64,000 bases of DNA from a virus (Duplodnaviria; Caudoviricetes): positions 20,315-84,314 of IMG/VR virus record IMGVR_UViG_3300033074_001499; one strand, 5' to 3'. The first letter of the stretch is position 1; each line of letters opens with the position of its first letter. Positions 1 through 9,817 of the stretch are shown here, piece after piece. The position numbers and the translations under genes are program-made. The notes beneath the pieces are model-generated. The model ran no database searches, had not been told where the DNA came from, and worked only from the letters and a program-made list of their open reading frames with translations.

Positions 1-236
1 TTAAATTTTATATTGCCATCCGAGTTGTTATCGTCGATGTAAACATAGTCGTATGCACAAGTTGAAAGATCAGCCAAAGAATGAGCTAGGTCAACAATGA
101 AACCTAGCTCGATATTTTCACCTACTACACGATTGTTACACCAAGCCAGGAGGTCAGACATGATATCAACTTCAAATTGAGATTCTAGTTTGATGATAAC
201 AGGTTTAAATCCATCTTGTTCTTGAATTACTTTCAT
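1..236 (-). CDS. Hypothetical protein (3'-truncated by window), paralog of 29939 and 30156 genes
   Basis: Hand-translated MKVIQEQDGFKPVIIKLESQFEVDIM...; not in ORF track because it runs off the window edge. Confidence 0.7.
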   Translation of the reverse strand, partial: MKVIQEQDGFKPVIIKLESQFEVDIMSDLLAWCNNRVVGENIELGFIVDLAHSLADLSTCAYDYVYIDDNNSDGNIKF

Positions 237-238
237 GT

Positions 239-457
239 TTATTTCCTCTTAAATTTAATTTTATTTAGAAGATTTACAATTTCTGGTACAACCATAAAGC
301 ACAGCAGGAAAGCAGCTACCCAGCTTGATGCTGTGACAACAGCAGTCCAGCGCAACACTTCTCCTACTTCAATCACAACTCCATCGTAATAATCCATGAT
401 TGTGAGTATCATTGCAAGTATAAAAGCTACTAAACAGCCTGTCAAGTAAATACTCAT
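239..457 (-). CDS. Hypothetical membrane protein
   Basis: Two hydrophobic segments; start 457 overlaps upstream stop (ATGA). Confidence 0.65.
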   Translation of the reverse strand: MSIYLTGCLVAFILAMILTIMDYYDGVVIEVGEVLRWTAVVTASSWVAAFLLCFMVVPEIVNLLNKIKFKRK

Positions 458-642
458 TTTACAACCTCCCATTCTCCAATTGGACGACGAATTTTAACAA
501 AAGCTCCTTTCTTTCCTCCACCTTCTTCCCACTCTTTGATCCAATCATCAGCTTGGTCTTCAGACATTCCGCCTTTATAATAACCTCTAACTTCAGATTC
601 AAAAGTATCTGAAATATGAGTAACACCATATTCGTAGCTCAT
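454..642 (-). CDS. Hypothetical protein
   Basis: ORF track, operon orientation, GGAG RBS. Confidence 0.7.
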   Translation of the reverse strand: MSYEYGVTHISDTFESEVRGYYKGGMSEDQADDWIKEWEEGGGKKGAFVKIRRPIGEWEVVK

Positions 643-664
643 TTAAAATTTCTCCAAAATTCAT

Positions 665-703
665 AAAAGAAAAACCCCACCAAAGCTTTTTGCTCTAGTG
701 GGG
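665..703 (-). terminator. Intrinsic terminator after nrdB
   Basis: CCCCACTAGAGC/GCTTTGGTGGGG stem followed by T-run on minus strand. Confidence 0.8.
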
Positions 704-709
704 CTGATA

Positions 710-1735
710 TTAGACTACTTTGAAACGCTTGTCAAGTAGATGTTGGTATTTTGAGTAATCAATCTCTCCAACCAATCCAAGATGGTTGTAACTGGTAACA
801 CGCTTCTCAAAGAAGTTATCATGTTTTTCACCACTAAGAAGCCATTCCATCCAAGGAAGAGGGTTCTTTCTTACTTCTTCAGCCGTTAAATAACCAAGCT
901 GAAATAGTCGAAGCTCTCCGAGAAAAGCAATGTAATTTTTTTGCTGATCTGTAGACATATCCTCATCTTCACCTTCTTTGCTTAAAAGGTTAATAAACTT
1001 ATGCTCAGCTTCAACATACCCTCTTACAAGCTTCTCAATAGCCTCTTTGAGAATTTCTTTTTCAACTTCGTCTAGCTCTTTTCGTCCCTCTTTGAATGTG
1101 CGAATGTTATTTGTCACATGTTCTTGTTCGTCTGCTAGGCTCCATTGGTTGATATCATTGAATCCAATTTGCCTCCCAAATCTTTTCAGATTCAAAAGTT
1201 TTGAAAATGCAGCAAATAAACCAATACCTTCACCAAGAAGAATTTGACCAAGACCAATTAGAGCATTGAGTTCATCACGATAGTGAGCTTTGGTTAAATC
1301 TTCTCCCATCACATCAAGCTTTTCTCTCATCTCAGCATATTCATGGAATGAGGACCAGTCAGCATCCATCAAACCATAAGTTTCACCAGCAAGAGCATAA
1401 GCCCTTTGATGCGTAACTTCACGAGCTGCGAAAGTCAGCATCATATTACTGATTTCATTATTCTTGAAATATGGGAGAATTTTCTTATATCCACCAGCAA
1501 CAGTTTTATCCATTTCAGTGAACAGAGGAAGAATCAAATCAATCTTTCGCTTGTTTACTTCATGGCTTACTGTCGGAGTTGCAAGACCATCTTTGCTGTT
1601 ATATTCACGAAGATCATCTTGGAGTTCAACTTGATGAACATCCCAAAACATACCAATTGAATGTAGCTTAGCAGCTTCAACAGCCCATGGATATAGAAAT
1701 GGTCGATAAGCTTTGCTTTCTTTAAAAACACTCAT
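710..1735 (-). CDS. nrdB: Ribonucleotide reductase class Ia beta subunit
   Basis: Di-iron ligands (FTEMD, E..H in REVTHQRAY, LGEG, DEQEH), FFEKRVTSY C-terminal motif; adjacent to nrdA. Confidence 0.95.
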   Translation of the reverse strand: MSVFKESKAYRPFLYPWAVEAAKLHSIGMFWDVHQVELQDDLREYNSKDGLATPTVSHEVNKRKIDLILPLFTEMDKTVAGGYKKILPYFKNNEISNMMLTFAAREVTHQRAYALAGETYGLMDADWSSFHEYAEMREKLDVMGEDLTKAHYRDELNALIGLGQILLGEGIGLFAAFSKLLNLKRFGRQIGFNDINQWSLADEQEHVTNNIRTFKEGRKELDEVEKEILKEAIEKLVRGYVEAEHKFINLLSKEGEDEDMSTDQQKNYIAFLGELRLFQLGYLTAEEVRKNPLPWMEWLLSGEKHDNFFEKRVTSYNHLGLVGEIDYSKYQHLLDKRFKVV

Positions 1736-1747
1736 TATTTCACTCCT

Positions 1748-3607
1748 TTAACCATGACAACTCAGACAACCATCTTTATCATATTCGATTCGTTTCTTAA
1801 CCTTCACAGCATTAAGAGGACGCTCTTTACCTGTTCCAACATCCGCTTTAACAGGCTCCTGTGCACGACAATAATAAAGACTTTTCAAGCCTTTTTCCCA
1901 AGCATAAATATGAACATCTGACATTTGTTGAGCAGTAGTAGTTGCCTGGAAGAAAAGATTTGTTGAAATTGATTGACAAACATGCTGTTGTGCATTGGAC
2001 GCTAGTTCTACAATCCACATAGGATCAATTTCACGAGCAGTAGCGAACACAGCTTTCTCATGATCTGATAGTTGTTCAATCCATTGGACGCTACCTTCTT
2101 CTTTTACAATCCTTGCCCACGTCTCTTCATTATCGATTCCATATTTTTGTAAAACTGGTTTAAGATATTTGTTCTTGATCAGAAAGCTCCCAGCCCGGCC
2201 CTGACTCACAAAACCGTTACTGGCCCAAGGCTCCCTGCTAGGAGATGCACCAAGAATACTGGCAGAAGAAGCATTCGGAGCAATTGCAGTAAGGTGACTA
2301 TTTCTAAAACCACTTCCACGACAATCAGGAGCCTCCCCCCGCAAAGCGCCAAGACGAAGACTTTCTTTCTCAGCTTTTTCTTTAATGTATGAGTGGATCA
2401 TTTGAGTATGAGACACTGCACTATTAAATCCACCAGATTCAAAAGGAATCATCTTGCTTTGCAAATAACTGTGCCAACCTAGTGTTCCAAGGCCAAGGGC
2501 TCGCTCTTTGGTTGCAGAATTAACTGCTCGACTGATACTTGGCGGAGCAAGACGAATAAAATACTCCAGAACATTATCAAGAAAACGAATCAAATCTGCA
2601 ACAATATTAGTATCTTTCCATTCATCAAATTTTTCAAGATTCAGACTACTCAAGCAACAAACAGCAGTTCGTGAAAAGCTTGTCATTAGTGTAATTTCAG
2701 AACAGAGATTACTTTGTCGAACTTTGTAAGTTGGTTTAGTAATTTGCTTAGGAAGATTTCGATTTACTGTATCAATGAAAAGAATGTAAGGCTCACCAGT
2801 TTCAAAACGAGTTTCCATTAAGTGTTTCCAAACATCACGAGCCTTTACTTTACGGCCAGTAGGTCCGTGTTTTGGATCGACAAACTCCAATTCTTCATCG
2901 GCGATAACAGCGAACATAAATTCATCAGGAATATTCAACCCATGGTTCAGGTTAAAACATTTCTTGTTTTCATCCCCACGAGTTGGATTTCGCATATCCA
3001 TAAACATTGCTAGTTCTGGGTGATTAATATCCAAATACATAGCCATACTACCACGACGAGAAGCTGTCTGACGGTAAGCAATAGTCATGTTATCATAGTC
3101 CCCAGCATGAGCCATTACACCAGTAGATTTTTCATCAGGGCTCCTATTACCAGCGTAGATACCAACACCACCTCCCATCATAGAAAGCTCTTTAGCTTCT
3201 GCTGAAGTTTTGGTTAATCCACTCTTACTGTCATCAATATAAGAAAGGAAGCAAGAAATCGGCATACCACTAGGCTCTACGTTTTCTTCCAACCAATCAC
3301 CAGCTTCTTCAAATTGTTCTTCAGTGAACGTCGGCCAATCAATCTCTACAGCGTTTGTTTGAACAGGGCTTGCATACATGAAATATCCCTGTGAAACATA
3401 GTCGTAAATACGTTGAGCAAAATCGTAATCACCAAAACTATAACAAACCGCAGCACGAGCAAAAGTTTCTTGAGGGCTGTTCTCTTTTTCTGTCTTATAG
3501 AAACCTTTTGCTGTGAGCATAACCAATCCTTGTTCTGGAAGGTTATTGTCTCGTGAGTAGTCAATAATAATTCCAAGGTGTTCTTTTACATCTTCTTTCA
3601 CTTTCAT
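1748..3607 (-). CDS. nrdA: Ribonucleotide reductase class Ia alpha subunit (no ATP cone)
   Basis: PISCFL, QSNLCSEI, AVCCLSSLNL, TAIAPNAS, KSLYY and C-terminal CLSC motifs. Confidence 0.97.
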   Translation of the reverse strand: MKVKEDVKEHLGIIIDYSRDNNLPEQGLVMLTAKGFYKTEKENSPQETFARAAVCYSFGDYDFAQRIYDYVSQGYFMYASPVQTNAVEIDWPTFTEEQFEEAGDWLEENVEPSGMPISCFLSYIDDSKSGLTKTSAEAKELSMMGGGVGIYAGNRSPDEKSTGVMAHAGDYDNMTIAYRQTASRRGSMAMYLDINHPELAMFMDMRNPTRGDENKKCFNLNHGLNIPDEFMFAVIADEELEFVDPKHGPTGRKVKARDVWKHLMETRFETGEPYILFIDTVNRNLPKQITKPTYKVRQSNLCSEITLMTSFSRTAVCCLSSLNLEKFDEWKDTNIVADLIRFLDNVLEYFIRLAPPSISRAVNSATKERALGLGTLGWHSYLQSKMIPFESGGFNSAVSHTQMIHSYIKEKAEKESLRLGALRGEAPDCRGSGFRNSHLTAIAPNASSASILGASPSREPWASNGFVSQGRAGSFLIKNKYLKPVLQKYGIDNEETWARIVKEEGSVQWIEQLSDHEKAVFATAREIDPMWIVELASNAQQHVCQSISTNLFFQATTTAQQMSDVHIYAWEKGLKSLYYCRAQEPVKADVGTGKERPLNAVKVKKRIEYDKDGCLSCHG

Positions 3608-3975
3608 TCCTTATTATTTTCGATATGTTTAAGAATATCTGCTGTAAAGTTACTCTGCTTACTCATAGCTTCAAGATCATCTTTAAGATATTCATCAATC
3701 TCTTCAATCTTGTTTTCCCACGAGCAATGTTCTGAATTAACCCACTGAGGGTCCTTTCGCTCCATGCCTACAATTCGCATACCATAAATAGGCTCTTTTG
3801 TTTTAGAAGTAAATGGCCGATGATAACATTCTTCAAATGTGTAGCCCATCTTAGTACAAAAACCAAGAGAATGCAGAAGAGCATCAACCTCTTCTTTGTT
3901 ATTTCGTTTCATAATACCAACAGCGCCCGGAACGCTGTTGGCTAGATCAATAATGCTTAGGTGACGTGGCGTCAT
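3604..3975 (-). CDS. Hypothetical protein
   Basis: ORF track, AAGGAGAAGA RBS, overlaps nrdA start. Confidence 0.75.
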   Translation of the reverse strand: MTPRHLSIIDLANSVPGAVGIMKRNNKEEVDALLHSLGFCTKMGYTFEECYHRPFTSKTKEPIYGMRIVGMERKDPQWVNSEHCSWENKIEEIDEYLKDDLEAMSKQSNFTADILKHIENNKE

Positions 3976-4194
3976 TTATTCTTCTCCTTCAAATTCTAGA
4001 TAACTTTCCATAGGCGACAGACCATCAGAGTAATCTTCCATAAATTCTGCACTATTTTCTACAAAAAGGAGAAAAGCATCTTCTTTCTTTGCAAGCCAAG
4101 CACGTCGTTTAATAATATTCAGAAGGTCATTGATCCAGGCTGAAAGAGCATAATCTTCTCGTTCTTTAAAAGGGAATACTTGATTGTTCATCAT
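3976..4194 (-). CDS. Hypothetical protein
   Basis: ORF track, tightly packed. Confidence 0.7.
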   Translation of the reverse strand: MMNNQVFPFKEREDYALSAWINDLLNIIKRRAWLAKKEDAFLLFVENSAEFMEDYSDGLSPMESYLEFEGEE

Positions 4195-5157
4195 TCAGCC
4201 TCGCTTTACATTGTTCGGAATGATTTGCCGATGTTGAATCCAACCCATGAAATTACCAGACCAGATTTTTTGATCTTGATCCATGTGCGTAGTTCCTTCT
4301 TGACAGAGTGCTTCCCAAATTGCATCAGTCCAGTAATCACATTCTGGAATTTTCATTGGTGTGGCTTGGTGCTCGAAAGGACTTGCATGAACAGGTTCAC
4401 TTTCTACCAGTTTTTTATAAATTATTTGAGCTTTTTCAAGACTATCATCCAAGGCACGATATGAAACTTGAGCACAGCAGCTAGCACTGGTAGCAAGAGC
4501 ATCTTTCAGTTTTACCCCATCAAAATCTTCACGGTCTTCTTTTTCCACAAGCCAACTGTGAGTTGCATATTTTTCAGAGTGACTATCATCTTTCCAATAG
4601 CCATCTGCGTAATAAGGTGTGTGCCAATCCCCAGGATTCAGAATAACAGGTTCACTATTTTCTTTAGCTTCAAGCATCACTTCAGCAAGACGTTTAATTT
4701 CTGGTTGAGCATCTTCATGATTGCGAAGCCAGAAGAAGTTTTCAAACTCTGTGCCTGTTAGAACGGTTTTCATCCATTGATATGGCTCAAGAATACGATT
4801 GACCACTTGCTTGTGCAGTCCAGCGGAAGCCATTGATTCAGCATACTCACTTGCAGCAATAGCTGCTTGATGCCAAAGCTCATCAACGTACATAGCATCA
4901 ACACTATTCAACTCTTCTTTAGCTTGCATCCCAGGTTGATTTTTACCCCAGTGAACAGGCATTGCTGGATCATTCCGTACTTGTTCAATCATTTTACCAA
5001 TTGGGATAGCACGACTACTTGCAGCATTACGGCTGAACATCCGATGCGTCATTAGTTCTGAGTGAATAAACCGAGGATACTGAAGTTCAAACGTAATAAT
5101 CTCTTTGCCATTAACACTTGATTTGGAATGAGCAATAATTTTAGCGCTAATTTCCAT
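4195..5157 (-). CDS. thyX: FAD-dependent thymidylate synthase ThyX (Thy1)
   Basis: RFIHSELMTHRMFSRNAASSRAIP ThyX motif; HASPFEHQA. Confidence 0.92.
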   Translation of the reverse strand: MEISAKIIAHSKSSVNGKEIITFELQYPRFIHSELMTHRMFSRNAASSRAIPIGKMIEQVRNDPAMPVHWGKNQPGMQAKEELNSVDAMYVDELWHQAAIAASEYAESMASAGLHKQVVNRILEPYQWMKTVLTGTEFENFFWLRNHEDAQPEIKRLAEVMLEAKENSEPVILNPGDWHTPYYADGYWKDDSHSEKYATHSWLVEKEDREDFDGVKLKDALATSASCCAQVSYRALDDSLEKAQIIYKKLVESEPVHASPFEHQATPMKIPECDYWTDAIWEALCQEGTTHMDQDQKIWSGNFMGWIQHRQIIPNNVKRG

Positions 5158-5384
5158 TAGACATATTCCTCCAGCTTACCAACACCACGAATAATCTTCA
5201 CTTCATCTCCTTCATAAATCAGAGTAGTTGGAAGAGATTTAATATTGTTCTCCATACAAAATTCCATGTTTTCATCAGCATCAATTACTTGATAAATCAC
5301 TCCATTTCGAGTGAGCATATCTTTGAGGACCCCACATTGTTTACACCAACTACTGCTTACAACTTTAATTGTACGATTTGACAT
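5157..5384 (-). CDS. Thioredoxin/glutaredoxin-like protein
   Basis: SSSWCKQC (CxxC), IKSLPT cis-Pro motif; next to RNR genes. Confidence 0.88.
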   Translation of the reverse strand: MSNRTIKVVSSSWCKQCGVLKDMLTRNGVIYQVIDADENMEFCMENNIKSLPTTLIYEGDEVKIIRGVGKLEEYV

Positions 5385-5529
5385 ATTCCTTTTCTCCTTC
5401 TTCTCTTTGTAATTCTTTTAGACATTCTTCCCAGGAAAGCGGGATATTAGGATGAAACTCAAACATCATACCACTTTCTTTCAAAGCTTTATAGTCTTTT
5501 TCTGTTTTAATATAGTCTTGCCATTTCAT
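5365..5529 (-). CDS. Small hypothetical protein (54 aa)
   Basis: Hand-translated MKWQDYIKTEKDYKALKESGMMFEFHP...; fills the gap. Confidence 0.6.
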   Translation of the reverse strand: MKWQDYIKTEKDYKALKESGMMFEFHPNIPLSWEECLKELQREEGEKEYVKSYN

Positions 5530-5531
5530 GA

Positions 5532-5591
5532 TTATGGGATAAATTCACTCAAATCTACTTTAGGATGATTGACGGGTTTTGCTATCTTGCC
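5532..5591 (-). pseudogene. Orphan 3' end of the dNTP pyrophosphatase gene displaced by HNH insertion
   Basis: Translates GKIAKPVNHPKVDLSEFIP*, 15/19 identical to the C-terminus of 6266..6754. Confidence 0.85.
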
Positions 5592-5592
5592 A

Positions 5593-6261
5593 TCAAACAT
5601 TGAAACCATATACCTCTACCTCCTTTTCTTTTCTAACCTCAGCAGCTTTATCAAAATCTTCAAAATATCCAGTGTAAACCCTCTTATTATACTTATTAAT
5701 ATAAGCACACCACTTATTCATAGCCTTGGACCAATAAACTCCAGTAACCCCCGATGTGTTTTTACTAGATGTTTTCCTATTATACGACTGAATTGTCCTG
5801 TCTGCCCACCTACAATTTTCTGGAAAATAACCAAGATTCGGGTCAATTCTGTCTAAAGAAGTTCCCTCAGGACGTTCTCCCATGTCAGCAAAGAAATTTT
5901 CGAAAAGAATCCATTCTTTACAAACTTCAATATTGCCATAATATAGTTTTTCACGTTCTGTTGGATTTAGGCATCTATGTAACATTGATTTCCAACTTTG
6001 CCAAGTGGGTGTTTCTGACATTCCGTGATTCTGTCTAGGAAGGCCGGTAATTGTTTGATAGATGCAACCACAAGATTTCGTGTGACCGTTCATCAGATTT
6101 GCAGAGTCGCAATCAAACACATTTCCACAAAAACATTCTACGACGAATCTTTTTCTACCATATTTCTTTTCAGGAGAGGTCTTTTTAAAATAAATATTTT
6201 TTATTTTAAGGTCATTGTAAACGTCCCCCTCTTTTAGTTGTGGATAGTTTATTTTCGGCAT
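5593..6261 (-). CDS. HNH homing endonuclease with AP2-like C-terminal domain
   Basis: GHTKSCGC, SLDRIDPN..Y.PENCRWA, NTSGVTGVYW..KW.AYI. Confidence 0.88.
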   Translation of the reverse strand: MPKINYPQLKEGDVYNDLKIKNIYFKKTSPEKKYGRKRFVVECFCGNVFDCDSANLMNGHTKSCGCIYQTITGLPRQNHGMSETPTWQSWKSMLHRCLNPTEREKLYYGNIEVCKEWILFENFFADMGERPEGTSLDRIDPNLGYFPENCRWADRTIQSYNRKTSSKNTSGVTGVYWSKAMNKWCAYINKYNKRVYTGYFEDFDKAAEVRKEKEVEVYGFNV

Positions 6262-6265
6262 ATTT

Positions 6266-6754
6266 TCAACCCCTCGGTATCATTTTTGAAAGATCAACTT
6301 TTGGAAAATCTACAGGCTTTGCGATTTTTCCAGAAAGAAGTCTAACCGAGTAGAAGGGAAGACCATTCAAAATAGAAGTTTCGATAGTGTATTCCATATC
6401 ATCTCGATTTTCTAGTTTTTCTTTTTCTTCTACAGCCTGATAATAACTATCAAACACTTTCTTTTCATTGTTATCAATGATTGCTTGCATTGCTCCAGAA
6501 ACATCAAATCCTGCTTTGTCTAGAATATCCATAAACTTAGACAAAATAATAAAAGTGTCCACAACGCCATCGATCAGTTCAACAGGATCACCATAATCCG
6601 ATGCTTCAACAGTTTCAGAAGCTTCTTCTACCAGTAATTTAGCTTGAAGAGTGACAGCCTGCCACCACTCTTGCGTATCATAAACACAATCCTTTACACC
6701 AGCTTTAGTGTTCCAATCATTAATTGCTTTGTAGAATTTTACGAGGTCTTTCAC
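6266..6754 (-). CDS. MazG/PRA-PH-like nucleoside triphosphate pyrophosphohydrolase
   Basis: LLVEEASET...ELIDGVVDT all-alpha NTP-PPase motif. Confidence 0.8.
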   Translation of the reverse strand: MKDLVKFYKAINDWNTKAGVKDCVYDTQEWWQAVTLQAKLLVEEASETVEASDYGDPVELIDGVVDTFIILSKFMDILDKAGFDVSGAMQAIIDNNEKKVFDSYYQAVEEKEKLENRDDMEYTIETSILNGLPFYSVRLLSGKIAKPVDFPKVDLSKMIPRG

Positions 6755-6766
6755 TTTTTCTCCTTA

Positions 6767-7303
6767 CTAATAATAAACACAGATTTCTTTTACAATTCGT
6801 TCATCCCACACACTAAACTGATGCATTACAGCACACTCATCAGATTGCGTGTAGGGAGTATTATACAGCACTCTTTTCTGAGGTTCAAACCCTTTCAACA
6901 CATCAAGCCTGTCATCAATCATGCATTCTACAGCTTTATTCATCACATGTTTTTTATGACAAGCAACATATTCATGCATGAAAGGGAAATGTTCTTTCAA
7001 CCAATAATATTTACTTTTTGTGTGATTACCTTTGATTCTTGAAATGAAAACAATTTGGAAATGTTTAGACAATTCTTTAAGGCATTCCACGCTCCCTTCG
7101 ATAGGTTGAAATTGAGAGTAATCAAGTTCTCGCCAATATTCATAGGGATCGTCAACACCAGCAAATTGTGTTCCAAGATTATAAGGAGGTGATTCGTAAT
7201 CTCCGAGAGGATATTCAACAGAACACCTCTTTTTGAGCCATTTCCTCCAACCTCTGTCAGAAGGACATACTGTCAGATCAACATCCACACCGATGATTCT
7301 CAT
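6767..7303 (-). CDS. 5'(3')-deoxyribonucleotidase (HAD, NT5C-like)
   Basis: MRIIGVDVDLT (DxD), MIDDR; true start 7303 with AGGAG RBS, not 7420. Confidence 0.85.
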   Translation of the reverse strand: MRIIGVDVDLTVCPSDRGWRKWLKKRCSVEYPLGDYESPPYNLGTQFAGVDDPYEYWRELDYSQFQPIEGSVECLKELSKHFQIVFISRIKGNHTKSKYYWLKEHFPFMHEYVACHKKHVMNKAVECMIDDRLDVLKGFEPQKRVLYNTPYTQSDECAVMHQFSVWDERIVKEICVYY

Positions 7304-7319
7304 TTTATTTATTCTCCTA

Positions 7320-7979
7320 TTAAGGTTTTTCTTTATATTGCAATTCAAGAATGAGTTCAAGATAATGAATAGCTTTTTTAATGTCCCCTGCTCCGTTTTT
7401 ATCTTTATGACGAGTGACATATTTCACGACATTACCCTGAAAATAATCCAAATTGTTTGCATGAATGTATTCAATAGGTTGAATCTTGCAACCTTTATAA
7501 TGCGTACCACTGATTTGTTTATCTAGAGCAGAACCTGAAACAATATCTACAATTTCTTTTGTTTGTTCAGTGTTGCGCAATGCGTCATATGTTTTTAACA
7601 CTTCAAACCGATTCTTACTCACTTTGCAATTGATAATGCTATCCGTAAGAAGCTCTCTCACTTGATAAACATATCCCCATTCTCCCTCATCCTCAAAAAG
7701 CACTTCGTATGCATAGCCAGGAATTAGTTTCCTGAATCCAACAGCGTTGTCGGAAAGTTTTACAAATTTCTGGGATTTGGGTTTGAATACTTCTTGAAGG
7801 GCTGGAGTTTCTACCCACCAGCGTTCTCTTTTATTACTCACAGAGCTTAGTTCATAAGAGCCATCTTCCGCATCACAAGCTTTGAGTAGACCGATTGTTC
7901 CAACCTCAAAATAGTGTTCCCCTAACTGTTCCTTATCATTATTTTGTCCAACAACTCTAAAATAGCGTTCTTCACTCAT
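7320..7979 (-). CDS. DUF3310-domain protein
   Basis: C-terminal QISGTHY..IQPIEYI...F.QGNVVKYVTR..KNG..DIKKAIHYL. Confidence 0.8.
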   Translation of the reverse strand: MSEERYFRVVGQNNDKEQLGEHYFEVGTIGLLKACDAEDGSYELSSVSNKRERWWVETPALQEVFKPKSQKFVKLSDNAVGFRKLIPGYAYEVLFEDEGEWGYVYQVRELLTDSIINCKVSKNRFEVLKTYDALRNTEQTKEIVDIVSGSALDKQISGTHYKGCKIQPIEYIHANNLDYFQGNVVKYVTRHKDKNGAGDIKKAIHYLELILELQYKEKP

Positions 7980-8014
7980 ATTATTTCTCCTGAAATTAAT
8001 TAGCTTGTAAGAAT

Positions 8015-8043
8015 ATTATCGCATGTATTTGTCTACTTGTCAA
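8015..8043 (-). promoter_or_regulatory. Sigma70-type promoter
   Basis: TTGACA-N17-GATAAT on minus strand. Confidence 0.75.
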
Positions 8044-8050
8044 ACAATAT

Positions 8051-8824
8051 TTAAAGATATTTATTCATTAAATAATCAAGAGATACTGGCATAGGAAGTC
8101 CAAAACCATCCTCAACCTCGTTGAGTACCATAATACCTCTGAAGTGGTTATTTCCCTGATAACCCTTATAATACTCGTCGAAAGGATAACAAGCGCCGTT
8201 GATAATACCAATCTGCATTTTACCGTCAAGGGTTGGATGAATAGCCATATCAAGTAATTGTTTATGCCCAACAACAAAAGAACGACCTACAGTTTTTAAT
8301 TGACTTAAAGCATTTCCCCCATAGGGTTTACCGCTGAAAGGGTTTGCTAAGTAATGGACGTAAAAGATGCCATCAATCTCTACAGGTTTAAGGAAAGGAG
8401 CAACTTCCCAACCATACTGCTCAAGGTTTAGTGTTTCTGTGCCAACAAAACCGCTAAGTTCTGGCATGTCATTGGCCAACCTATCAAAACGATGTTCGTG
8501 ATTTCCAGTGCAAAAGACCATTCTGGGAGAATACACTTTCTTTCTGAATCGACGTTGTTGCTGTTGGAGAATCCTTACTGGCTCAAGGAGAAGTTCCATA
8601 CCTTTGTTACCAGCTTCAATATCTGCAATCAAACGTCTACCTTCAAAAGATTTCTTACCTTTATCATAACTACTCAAAGACTCAAAATCATAATGATCAC
8701 CGATATGAATAATAACATCTGGACGTTTATCTGCAATGTATTTACCAATTGCTTTCATGTAACTCATATCATGATTTGGTTTACATTGTGTGTCTGCTAC
8801 AATTAAATGACGTTTACCGCTCAT
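8051..8824 (-). CDS. Calcineurin-like metallophosphoesterase
   Basis: IVADTQ, IHIGDH, TGNHEHR, YVH, VVGHKQ motifs. Confidence 0.88.
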   Translation of the reverse strand: MSGKRHLIVADTQCKPNHDMSYMKAIGKYIADKRPDVIIHIGDHYDFESLSSYDKGKKSFEGRRLIADIEAGNKGMELLLEPVRILQQQQRRFRKKVYSPRMVFCTGNHEHRFDRLANDMPELSGFVGTETLNLEQYGWEVAPFLKPVEIDGIFYVHYLANPFSGKPYGGNALSQLKTVGRSFVVGHKQLLDMAIHPTLDGKMQIGIINGACYPFDEYYKGYQGNNHFRGIMVLNEVEDGFGLPMPVSLDYLMNKYL

Positions 8825-8836
8825 TAATACTCCTTA

Positions 8837-9034
8837 TCATTCATAATGTGGATTTGAAAAACTGAATGCTGCTGGGGTGTCTTCCCTGTATCCTTCCCAT
8901 TTACTATTAAAATCACACCAATAATCTTCTTCTCCCTTTTCTAAATCATTGTAAAATTCTTCTTGATTTTCCAGAGGAATCAAATACCAATGACCATCAT
9001 CATCTCGCACAAAACACCAACGTTTTTCTTCCAT
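8837..9034 (-). CDS. Hypothetical protein
   Basis: ORF track, GGAG RBS. Confidence 0.7.
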   Translation of the reverse strand: MEEKRWCFVRDDDGHWYLIPLENQEEFYNDLEKGEEDYWCDFNSKWEGYREDTPAAFSFSNPHYE

Positions 9035-9259
9035 TTAATTCTCCAAATCATTATCAAAAATACATTCAAGAAGAGTGATGTAATGTTCTGCGATTGTGTC
9101 ATAAGCAATTTGTTTTTGATGGGCATTCAATGTATAAAACCCATTCTGCACTTGCCTTGTTAGTTCAACATGACGTTTCCAATCAAAAGGAACATTTTCT
9201 TCTTTCTCTTCTGTTTTCTTTTTAAATAGCTCTACAACATTTCCAGGATAATTAGACAA
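9035..9259 (-). CDS. Hypothetical protein
   Basis: ORF track, operon packing. Confidence 0.65.
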   Translation of the reverse strand: MSNYPGNVVELFKKKTEEKEENVPFDWKRHVELTRQVQNGFYTLNAHQKQIAYDTIAEHYITLLECIFDNDLEN

Positions 9260-9322
9260 TCTGATTCATCCATACAAGAGAAAACACACAAAGCTGTAGT
9301 AGTTCAGAATACAAATAATTAT

Positions 9323-9523
9323 TCATCGCACCCTTACCTTTCCAGAAATTACATCTTGGACAAGTTGGTCTAAATCAAAAACTTTAGCATCAGCTTGTAA
9401 ACTCTGACTGTATTCAATTGAGCTTTTCAGAATAATACGAATTGCATCCATCTGACCAGCAGTTAATTCAGAAATAGTCATTGTGAATTTTTCACCATCT
9501 TTTGAAGAGTATTCTACTTTCAT
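9323..9523 (-). CDS. Hypothetical protein
   Basis: ORF track, operon packing. Confidence 0.7.
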   Translation of the reverse strand: MKVEYSSKDGEKFTMTISELTAGQMDAIRIILKSSIEYSQSLQADAKVFDLDQLVQDVISGKVRVR

Positions 9524-9817
9524 CTATATTGTCTCCGTGATGTGGGCATTAAAAACAGGCAGAGGATTATCTACTGCGTCCAGAATTGATTTTGCAAGAT
9601 TTGGATTATTAAAAGCGTCTTCCAATTCCAGCAGAGTGTTTTTAATGCACTCTCTTCGCTCCAAACCTTGCGGAAAGGACAAAGTACCACTATCAATTGC
9701 TTTTGTGATTTTATCAAGTTCAAATGTGAAGTGTTCTTTTTCTAAAATTTTATCCACTTTAGCTTCAATACGAGCTAATTGAACAGAAAGCTCCGTATAC
9801 GCCTCTTCAGTTCTCAT
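9524..9817 (-). CDS. Hypothetical protein
   Basis: ORF track, AGGAGAAATAA RBS. Confidence 0.75.
   Translation of the reverse strand: MRTEEAYTELSVQLARIEAKVDKILEKEHFTFELDKITKAIDSGTLSFPQGLERRECIKNTLLELEDAFNNPNLAKSILDAVDNPLPVFNAHITETI

Noticed and set aside
4195-8824. Nucleotide-enzyme cluster as a modified-base pathway
   Set aside because: No PurZ, hydroxymethylase, glycosyltransferase or queuosine-type genes visible; ThyX plus dCMP deaminase fit ordinary dTTP supply.
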